DNA from: Candidatus Latescibacterota bacterium
Lineage (GTDB): Bacteria; Latescibacterota; UBA2968
Length of the DNA stretch: 64,000 nt
Reading direction: 5' to 3'
Assembly: GCA_965205975.1 (NCBI GenBank)
Contig: OZ242195.1
Location: 3,072,001-3,136,000, forward strand
Shown: positions 9,569 to 17,700 of the stretch, piece after piece
Position numbering within the stretch: position 1 is the first letter of the stretch
Layout: the number at the start of each line of letters is the position of its first letter
Translations under genes and position numbers: made by a program
The notes under the pieces: generated by a model
Seen by the model: only the letters and a program-made list of their open reading frames with translations
The model's database searches: none
What the model was told of the DNA's origin: nothing

Positions 9569-9862
9569 CTATTCGGGAATAAGTGAATGTGTATCAGTGG
9601 CTAATTTCTCATATATATACTTCGCGACCGAATGTGTCGAAGTTAGCATTTCTTCTGTGAGTTCTTCGTCCTCTACGATCACATCAAATGCATCCTCTAA
9701 GCCTGTCACCAGGGCCAGGGTAGAAATAGAGTCGAGTATAGAATTCAAAGGAAGATTGTCCCAATCTATATCATCGGATGTGACTTCACGGTCTAATGCC
9801 TTCAGAACCAAATCTTGAATCTGATTCTCAATCTCAGATATTGTTATTGTATTTTTTGTCAT
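9569..9862 (-). CDS. Acyl carrier protein
   Basis: Acidic 97 aa; LDSISTLALVTGLEDAFDV phosphopantetheine-site motif. Confidence 0.8.
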   Translation of the reverse strand: MTKNTITISEIENQIQDLVLKALDREVTSDDIDWDNLPLNSILDSISTLALVTGLEDAFDVIVEDEELTEEMLTSTHSVAKYIYEKLATDTHSLIPE

Positions 9863-9889
9863 AAAATTTTATATCCGATTGCACGATGG

Positions 9890-9918
9890 TTGACAATCTA
9901 CCCCTCAAAAGATACCTT
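9890..9918 (+). promoter_or_regulatory. Sigma70-type promoter TTGACA-N17-TACCTT for the antisense structured RNA
   Basis: TTGACA 9890-9895, 17-bp spacer, TACCTT 9913-9918; the repeat begins about 7 nt later. Confidence 0.55.
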
Positions 9919-9924
9919 ACTATC

Positions 9925-10008
9925 AAGCTCACATTCCCAAATGCTTGAGCTTTGAACTGCAGTCTGCCGCCGACACTCGACTTGCCAGGGTCTGTCGGCG
10001 GCTTTTTT
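9925..10008 (+). ncRNA. Putative small structured RNA, copy 2 (about 84 nt, ends in intrinsic terminator)
   Basis: Hairpin AAGCTCA-CATT..AATG-CT-TGAGCTT, then GCCGCCGACA...TGTCGGCGGC-TTTTTT; duplicated at 2502-2613. Confidence 0.5.
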
Positions 10009-10009
10009 A

Positions 10010-11377
10010 TCAATATGATGTGTTCTTTAACGCTTCTTCAGCCTTTGCCAAGTTTATATTCCGAACACATCCTGAACGGCATTCCCAGCCCACACCTTCA
10101 TAGTCAGCAATAGCAGCGATTTGCTCTCGCAAAGGATCGTTGCATAAATCAAGAACGCGCTTGCCCTTCAAGATGGGTAAAATCGGTATATGAAACGAGG
10201 AAATGGGATGTGCGATCAACAGTAGGGAACATTCACATAGCGACTTGAGGGATTTTGTCAATTGTCCCTGCCACATCTTTCGGGCATCACTTTGAATATA
10301 AGTCGGCTCCACGTCCAAGAGGCCCAACTCCACTGACGGGTCATATGCGATCACATGATACCCTTCTGAGATGAGCATGTTTCCGAGTTTTACGAATGGA
10401 CTATCCCTCAAGTCGCCTGTATTGGGCTTAAAACTCAAACCCAACATACCCAGTGTTCCTCGAACGGCAAGCGACCTTACCCTCCTTACCGTGGACCTGA
10501 TATGAAGATCATTACTGGCGATGATATTGGTCAGCAGAGGTAATTCGGGTTCTTGTCGTCCGTTAGATAGCCGCAGGAGTGCTGTAAGATCCTTCGGGAG
10601 ACAGGATCCTCCGAATGCGAATCCCGGCCTCATGTAGGCTTTTGACATATTGAGCTTGTTGTCTGAGCACACGACCTCCATTACTCTATTGCTGTCTATC
10701 CCGAGATATCTGCAAATATTCGATATCTCATTCGTGAAAGTAACCTTCATAGCATGAAAAGCATTGCATACATACTTCACCATTTCAGCGATCTCGTATT
10801 CGGTAATGTACACCGGCCCAGCTTCACCGTAAATATCTAACACGCGCTGGTAATAACCAGTCTTTGGAGCACCAATGATCCGAATCGGAGGATCATTCAG
10901 GTCCTCCATTGCGCTTCCCTCTCTCAAGAACTCCGGATAATACCAGACATTGCCAAAATTCCCGAAGGCTCCAGAGGCGATATTACGCGTCGTACCGGGC
11001 GGAACAGTGCTGCGCAAAACTATGTCAAACATGCCTCTTTTCTTTTTCACTATCTCTACCAGTGACGTTACGGCCTGATAAAGAAAACACAGATTTGGTA
11101 CTCCGTCTTTCTCACCTCGCGGCGTACCTACACAGATAATCGCTACACTCGCATCCTCGACAGCTTTGAAGTAGTCAGTCGAAAGCTGGAGCCTCCCACT
11201 TCTAAGTGCTGAACTTAGCAGGTCGCTTACGCGGGGTTCTGGTTCAGGTTCACCGGCAAAAAGATGGTGGATTCTCTCCTGGGAGACATCCAGACCTGTG
11301 ACGATATGACCTCGTTCAAGCAAGTAGGCAATATTCACAATGCCGACATGGCCCAAACCAACTACACAAATTTTCAT
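10010..11377 (-). CDS. UDP-glucose/GDP-mannose 6-dehydrogenase family protein (AlgD-like)
   Basis: GLGHVG Rossmann motif, ICVGTP, PEFLREG, PGFAFGGSCLPKD, GLSFKPNTGDLRDSP. Confidence 0.9.
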   Translation of the reverse strand: MKICVVGLGHVGIVNIAYLLERGHIVTGLDVSQERIHHLFAGEPEPEPRVSDLLSSALRSGRLQLSTDYFKAVEDASVAIICVGTPRGEKDGVPNLCFLYQAVTSLVEIVKKKRGMFDIVLRSTVPPGTTRNIASGAFGNFGNVWYYPEFLREGSAMEDLNDPPIRIIGAPKTGYYQRVLDIYGEAGPVYITEYEIAEMVKYVCNAFHAMKVTFTNEISNICRYLGIDSNRVMEVVCSDNKLNMSKAYMRPGFAFGGSCLPKDLTALLRLSNGRQEPELPLLTNIIASNDLHIRSTVRRVRSLAVRGTLGMLGLSFKPNTGDLRDSPFVKLGNMLISEGYHVIAYDPSVELGLLDVEPTYIQSDARKMWQGQLTKSLKSLCECSLLLIAHPISSFHIPILPILKGKRVLDLCNDPLREQIAAIADYEGVGWECRSGCVRNINLAKAEEALKNTSY

Positions 11378-11516
11378 CCTGCACCCTTACCTTCCATATG
11401 TCTCACTGACCCTAATCCTGATTGATTTCCAATATTTTTAATAGCATCAAATCTATATTTACCAGATTGAATTACCATTTACCGGGCAACCCAATATCAT
11501 CTGATATCGAACAGAA

Positions 11517-12518
11517 CTACTTGGTGAATTTCTGTTGTTCAATACAAGAGACTATGACCTCCGTTGTGTCTTCCCACTTTTTATTTTCAGGTTTGACTCG
11601 CGGAACTCTATTGCTAAGATTTGCCAATATTTCTTTAGTCACCTTACCAAGATCAGGGATTATTAATTGTCCACTCTCGACTAATTCTCGGTTTATGCAC
11701 ATTTCCCTTCTTCCAAGATAGATAGTAGGTACTCCTAAGAGAGCCCCTTCCCTTGCAACAGTATCTCCAGTAGTTACCACCAGGGCTGAATAGTAAATCA
11801 GGGAATGGATACTGGGACAAGGTTCAACAACCTTTCGGAAATTGGGGTGTTCAAACTCGAGATTTATTCCCCGTTCAAGGGAGGCTATGATGCTCATTCC
11901 AGTATTTAAAATCGCATTCGTCGCTTGCATAACTTCTTCCTGACCCAGGCGTCGATAGTTCATGCTAATAGGTGCAACATACCTGACGAAAACATACTCT
12001 CCTGGCTGAACGCCATAATCACCTAAAATCTTCGGTTGCGGGACGAATCGGTTCAAGTAAGCCAACTCTTTGAACCCGTTGTATTGAATGATGTTTCTGC
12101 CTGCCACTCCGAGTGCTTCAGGTAAGACAAGTTGATGAGCGAATAAAAGACATGGCCAAAAATTTAGCTTGTATTCGAAGTCGTCATAAAAAATCACAGA
12201 CCGTACGCGACAAAACCGCGAAACTATGCCCGAATAGAATCCACAACTCGCCAAAACATCTGTCTCCATTTCGCATACTATCTTCTTGAGATCAACGACC
12301 CTTTCCCATACCCCAAACATCTTTCTAACACCAGTTCTATGAGCACCCATTACACGAAAGGAACAAGGGAGGTCTGACTCCGCTATGGCAACAAGGTTAC
12401 CTCTTTGCCTGACAACAGCCGACACATCGTGTCTCGCCTTCAACGATTTGATGGCTGAATTAAAAAAATTGAGATGTGCGACGTGAAGAATGTCAAAGAG
12501 AATCTTCAAAGGTAGCAT
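11517..12518 (-). CDS. DUF354-family GT-B glycosyltransferase-like protein
   Basis: ILFDILHVAHLNFF, YNGFKELAYL, GDTVAREGALLGVPTIY motifs. Confidence 0.7.
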   Translation of the reverse strand: MLPLKILFDILHVAHLNFFNSAIKSLKARHDVSAVVRQRGNLVAIAESDLPCSFRVMGAHRTGVRKMFGVWERVVDLKKIVCEMETDVLASCGFYSGIVSRFCRVRSVIFYDDFEYKLNFWPCLLFAHQLVLPEALGVAGRNIIQYNGFKELAYLNRFVPQPKILGDYGVQPGEYVFVRYVAPISMNYRRLGQEEVMQATNAILNTGMSIIASLERGINLEFEHPNFRKVVEPCPSIHSLIYYSALVVTTGDTVAREGALLGVPTIYLGRREMCINRELVESGQLIIPDLGKVTKEILANLSNRVPRVKPENKKWEDTTEVIVSCIEQQKFTK

Positions 12519-12558
12519 CCTAAATTAGCCAAGTGATCTCTGTCCAAGTTCTATTGAT

Positions 12559-12792
12559 TTAATAGCCGTCATGTGCAAATACATACACATACCAAGAGGC
12601 CTGTTCTGGTCCTACCCCATTAGGGGGAGCTTCACAACCCCAAATTTTAGCGAGTCGAGTCACTTCTTGCTGGGCTTCCCTCTTAGAATTATAATGCGCC
12701 ACAGTCTTCCAGTTTCTGAAGGAGCGGAACCTGGAACGCCAATATCGCTTTCGCTCGTCGGGATCCATCGTAATTCCAACTCGACAGGCCAT
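12559..12792 (-). CDS. Small hypothetical protein (possible GIY-YIG-like fragment)
   Basis: 77 aa, RVGITMDPDER motif, begins 17 nt after the rSAM stop. Confidence 0.55.
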   Translation of the reverse strand: MACRVGITMDPDERKRYWRSRFRSFRNWKTVAHYNSKREAQQEVTRLAKIWGCEAPPNGVGPEQASWYVYVFAHDGY

Positions 12793-12809
12793 CTTTATCT
12801 CTTTATGGT

Positions 12810-14240
12810 TTACGAGGTTATTTCCAGATTATATCGTCGCTGCAACAAAGACGCATCCTCTTCTGCAATCTCCATACACATCTCCATCGCCAGTTCATAG
12901 CGATAACGTGTCTGTTCACAAGCAACAGGGTTGGGGTACATCGGGTCCCCCGTCGTCGTCCGAGCATCCCAAAGACATCCACCACCACACAGATTGCGCG
13001 CCCAGCATGTCTTGCACTCTGGGCGATTATTCACATTGAACTGCGCGTCAAAATGCTGCTGCTTTTCGCGATCAATACCCACAAACACATCACCCATCTT
13101 AAACTCGGGTGCATCGGCCAGACTCGAGCAAAAATAAATTGATCCATCTGCTGCAATAGCCAGATACTGCTTACCACCCAGGCATCCATGACAGGATTTT
13201 GCGCGCGTCAGCAATTTCTGAATCCGCGGATCAAACTCTTCACTCTCTTCACCATTCAGAATAGCTTTGAGCGCACGGCGGCTCCGCCTGTAAATTTGTT
13301 GTTTCAAAACAGGTATGTGTTCTTCCCGAATGGCATAAGGCGCATCGGGGGAGACAACCGCCGGACCGATGAGCGCGTTATCAGTACCCAATGAGCGCAA
13401 ATCATCGGCAATCTCATCCTCATCCATATCATACGCTGTCATAATAGCTTGCAGGTACACGCGCTCAGGTGCCTCAGCAGTCAATTTCTGTACATTCTTT
13501 GCCACGACATCATAAGTACCAGAACCATTGTGAAACTTGCGAATACGGTCCTGTGTCTTACGTCCGCCATCCAGGCTGACTTTAATTTGAAACTTTTCAT
13601 CGATCAAGAACTGCTTCATCTCGTCGGTCAACAGCGTGCCATTGGTCACAATGCCAAAACCAACCTGCACTCCCAGGCACGCGCCCAGAGATTTGGCAAA
13701 TGGGACAAGCTCTCTCATCAATGGAAAATTCAGAAGCGGCTCCCCGCCAAAAAAATCAATCTGGCACCGCCCCAAAGCCTGAGCTTCGGTGATGATCCAG
13801 CGTATCGATTGCTCGGCAACATCGGGTTGCATCAGCATCGCCTTACCGCCATAATCCCCGCCATGTGCAAAGCAATAAGCACACTGAATATTGCATGTAT
13901 GCGAAACGTGCAGCGACACCTGCAAACGATCTGTCTGTGATACCCCACAAGCTGCCACCCCTTCTGTCGTCGGCACCTGGGACACCAGAAGCAATGCACC
14001 ATCCGCAATCAACCCCACCTGTGCCAATTCCTCAATAGCCTCGGCAATTTCCTCTGCCTCGTATTGATCGGCCAACGTCTGGACAACCTGTGAAGCAGAT
14101 AAGCCCTCGCAACATTCTAAAATTGATTTGAAAAGGGGATCCAGTTCAAAAAACAGACCTGTCTCAATCTGATAGACAATCGGCTGATTTTGCTCTTCAG
14201 TTTGAAAAAGATGTATGTCGCATTTCTGAATGCATAGCAT
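12810..14240 (-). CDS. Radical SAM/SPASM peptide maturase with N-terminal RRE (CteB/QhpD-like)
   Basis: CNIQCAYC motif, FFGGEPLLN, SPASM cysteines CHGC...C and CKTC...CGGGC...C; PqqD-like N-terminus; SD GAGGAG favours ATG at 14240 over GTG at 14249. Confidence 0.9.
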   Translation of the reverse strand: MLCIQKCDIHLFQTEEQNQPIVYQIETGLFFELDPLFKSILECCEGLSASQVVQTLADQYEAEEIAEAIEELAQVGLIADGALLLVSQVPTTEGVAACGVSQTDRLQVSLHVSHTCNIQCAYCFAHGGDYGGKAMLMQPDVAEQSIRWIITEAQALGRCQIDFFGGEPLLNFPLMRELVPFAKSLGACLGVQVGFGIVTNGTLLTDEMKQFLIDEKFQIKVSLDGGRKTQDRIRKFHNGSGTYDVVAKNVQKLTAEAPERVYLQAIMTAYDMDEDEIADDLRSLGTDNALIGPAVVSPDAPYAIREEHIPVLKQQIYRRSRRALKAILNGEESEEFDPRIQKLLTRAKSCHGCLGGKQYLAIAADGSIYFCSSLADAPEFKMGDVFVGIDREKQQHFDAQFNVNNRPECKTCWARNLCGGGCLWDARTTTGDPMYPNPVACEQTRYRYELAMEMCMEIAEEDASLLQRRYNLEITS

Positions 14241-14268
14241 GCCAGGCACTCCTCAGAACAGATACAAT

Positions 14269-14445
14269 TTACTCAGGCTGATCAAAATTGTCCCAATCGT
14301 CATCATCAGGGAACGGCATGGGGGGAACAGTAATAGGATAAGGGGTACAGCCAACTTCAAAACTATCCGTCGTCTGATATGTGCTAATACCACCCTCTTT
14401 ATCCATTGTTCCATTGATCAAGATCAACTTGCGTCGAGTCGTCAT
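14269..14445 (-). CDS. Unannotated 58-aa putative rSAM precursor peptide MTTRRKLILINGTMDKEGGISTYQTTDSFEVGCTPYPITVPPMPFPDDDDWDNFDQPE
   Basis: Manual translation; SD AAGGAGG 14451-14457; first gene after the sigma54 promoter and directly upstream of the rSAM gene. Confidence 0.8.
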   Translation of the reverse strand: MTTRRKLILINGTMDKEGGISTYQTTDSFEVGCTPYPITVPPMPFPDDDDWDNFDQPE

Positions 14446-14503
14446 ATTATCCTCCTTAAATACAAAAATCTAAATGTCGTCATTGTCTTCGCTCCGTTTA
14501 TAT

Positions 14504-14520
14504 CGCAAGATCCGTGCCTA
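14504..14520 (-). promoter_or_regulatory. Sigma54 (-24/-12) promoter TAGGCACGGATCTTGCG
   Basis: GG-N10-GC with GGCACG and TTGC consensus; sigma54 activator gene adjacent. Confidence 0.8.
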
Positions 14521-14535
14521 ATAATGCATTAGCAT

Positions 14536-14567
14536 AAAAAAAAGCACTTAAAAACTCTCAAGTGCTT
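14536..14567 (-). terminator. Intrinsic terminator after the activator gene
   Basis: AAGCACTT-N10-AAGTGCTT followed by a T-run on the minus strand. Confidence 0.55.
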
Positions 14568-14630
14568 GAAAAAACAAGGAAATAAAATTTAAAAATTATT
14601 TGTACTGTAAATGCGGCATCCAGATATATG

Positions 14631-14746
14631 TGTACCTAATAGATACACATATAACCGTTCATTTAGATAAAATATGCATAACCGATTGATTAATATAAAA
14701 ATAAATTAAAGTGCATCTAAATGATACATTATTGTAAAATGATACA
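14631..14746. promoter_or_regulatory. Putative enhancer (UAS) sites TG(T/C)A(T/C)C-N5-GATACA
   Basis: TGTACCTAATAGATACA 14631-14647, TGCATCTAAATGATACA 14712-14728, half-site AAATGATACA ending 14746; 110-230 bp upstream of the -24/-12 site. Confidence 0.6.
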
Positions 14747-14758
14747 CCCATTCAACAT

Positions 14759-17700
14759 CTATCTCAACCCCAGACGATTCATCTTTCTATACAAGCTGGC
14801 GCGCACCAACCCCAGTTCTTCGGCCGTACGCTTAATATTACCCTCGTATTTTTCGAGCGCATCCATAATCAACCGTTTCTCATACTCCTGCATACTATCT
14901 TTTAAATGTCCCTGGTATTCGACAGAGACACCCGACATCGCGTGGCCGACAGCTTCCGAAAACAAATCGGGCGTAATTGCACCATCTTCTTCTACCAATG
15001 CAACCGCACGCCGAATCTCATTCTCCAACTCGCGCACATTACCCGGCCAGTTGTAATTTGTAAGTGCCCTGATTGCACCTACTGTCAGCCCGCCAACCGA
15101 CTTGTTTGCCTCTTCCTTTGCCCGAATGAGCAAATGTTCGGCCAATAACGGCACATCTTCCATGCGTTCTCGTAAAGGCGGCATATCGATCTGAATCACG
15201 TGCAACCGATAATACAAATCTTCGCGGAAAGAGCCTTTTTCTACTTCTTTTTTTAAGTCTCGATTGGTCGCTGCAATAATGCGTACATCTACTGCGCGAT
15301 CCTCTGTTTCTCCCACACGCCTAATCTCTCCTTCTTGCAACACCCGCAACAAACTCCTTTGCAATGGTGGCGGGGCATCGCCGATTTCATCTAAAAAGAC
15401 CGTACCCCCATTAGCCGTCTCAAAAACCCCCTTATGATCTTCAGTCGCGCCAGTAAACGCCCCTTTTTTATGACCAAACAACTCACTCTGCAACAGCTCT
15501 GGTGAAAGGGCAGCACAATTTTGCGACAAAAAACGCTGGTCTTTACGTGTACTATTGTAGTGTATGGAACGCGCAGCTAATTCTTTGCCAGTACCTGTTT
15601 TGCCTTGCACAAGCACGGGAATATCGCTTTTTGCCGCACGTTCTATAAGCCGGTAGATCGCCTGCATCGCATCACTTTGCCCAAACAGATCGCCAAGCTG
15701 GTGCTGTCTTTCGACCTCTTGCTGCAAATATCGCGCTTTCTCTTCCAATTGTTCGTACATCCTCGCATTGACCAGTGCTACACCCACCAGATTCGCAAAT
15801 GCTTGTAAAAACGTCTGGTCTGCTTCAGAAAATGCGTTGCCTATGCCGCGATGATCCACATATAGGGCACCCATTACACCTTCGCTAACATGAAATAGAG
15901 GCACACACAATACAGACCGAATGTTGTAGTCTATCACACTCTGATATTGATTTAGCCTATCGTCTGTTTGTGCATCAAGGCTCAAAACGGGTTCATTTGT
16001 TTCAATAACCCGACGAATAATACCCCCACTCAATTCTTCTGCATCATTCGATTCTAAATTGTGGTGGCGCACCACATCAACTACAAAGTCTTTTGGAGTC
16101 TCATTTTTAATCGCAACAATCACCCGCTCTGCTGAATAGACAGCCAACAAATTGCCCAAAGTTCCATCCAATAGCACCTTGACATCGTGCTCTGTTGTTA
16201 ATTCCTGGCTCATATCATAGAGCAAATTCCAACGATCAACAGACAACGCACCAACTGGAACCTCAGAACTGGATACGGTATCCTCACCGCGATGGAGCGT
16301 TGGAGCGGCATCCCTGCCGCGACCATCTTCGTCGCGAGATAATTGATTTAATAACACCTGTGTTTTCTCCAAAAAATAGGACATTTCCATTTCCTCAAAC
16401 GCCTGTTTTGCCGCTTCGAGATGTGCTTGCGCTTTTGGCATATCATCGCGCTGGAGATAAAACTCCCCAGCCATCAGCAATGCCCGCGCCCAGTGGTCGC
16501 CTTTGGATTCTCTGCGACATTCAATTGCCTGCTCAAAAGCCTCTTCAGCCTCAGCAATTCGCCCTGCCTGAGCAAAAGCCGCACCAATACCGCAATATAC
16601 CAGGGGCAATATGCCTGTGTACATACCCGATATTTGTTGCGTACCTTCTTTGGCTTTTTCAGCCCATTCAAGTGCTGTTTCACCATTTCCCATTCTCGCA
16701 GCAGCCGTTGCCGCAATTGCATAAGCGCGATAGATATAATCTTTTCGCGGTGTTTCCAAAAATCGCTCTGATGAAATCTCGGCATATTCCAATGCCTCGG
16801 CAAAATCATCGCGTTCCAGAGCCAATTCCCCAAGCCATAGGAAATTTGCTGCTTCCCAATACACACCCCCTCGCTTCTGCCACTCACCAATGACCTCATA
16901 ACAAACGGCTTCAGCACCATTGAAATCCCCCAAATAAAAATAAATTCTTTGAAGTGCATTGAGTGCCCAAACGCGATGGTGCTCTAAACCAAGTTGTCTA
17001 AAGATCTTTACAACAGTTTCTAAATAGCCCTTAGCTGTCTCAAATCGAAATTCCACTAATGCGGCCTGGCCTTCTCGTCCTTGTATAAAAGCCTGGTTTT
17101 GTGGATCTCCCGACTCACGGAGTTTCTCTATTTCCCGACGCATATACGCAATTGATTCTTCGTGCCGACCAGACACATCACACAAATAAGACAAGCTGCT
17201 TAACGCCTGAATTTCGCCATCGAAATCACCGAGTTCACGATAAAGCTGCAATGCCTCCAGCATATATCCTTCTGCAATTTCACCATGTTGAAGTACGCTG
17301 TGAATCTCACCCTGGTCGTTTAAAATACGCGCTTTCAAATCTTTCCGATCAGCGGGCAATAATGCATTTGCTTCGTCTAAAAGTTTTAGTGCGCAATTGT
17401 ATTCACTACAATTGCGAAACACATCTGCATAATCGCACAAAAAATCGATAGCATCTGCAGGTAATTCAAAAACGTCATCCGCTGTCCAGTCCCTCACTGC
17501 CTCGAACCGTCTCAATGCCTGGCGATACGCTTGTACCTCCAATGCTTTTTTACCCGCCAGACACATATATTTCACAGCCTTATCTCGTTCTTCTGCCGCC
17601 GCAAAATGATCCGCCAATTCTTCCGTCAATTCTTCTGCATCACCCGTCTCTTCCAGAGCATTGCCAATTTCTCGATGCAACAGACGCCGCCGCACATCTT

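Noticed and set aside
12810..14445. Quinohemoprotein amine dehydrogenase (qhp) operon
   Set aside because: The peptide lacks the multi-Cys CWW core of QhpC, and no heme-binding alpha subunit (CxxCH) is present
14230..14532. 100-aa plus-strand ORF over the precursor region
   Set aside because: Antisense shadow; the SD, promoter and operon direction support the minus-strand 58-aa ORF
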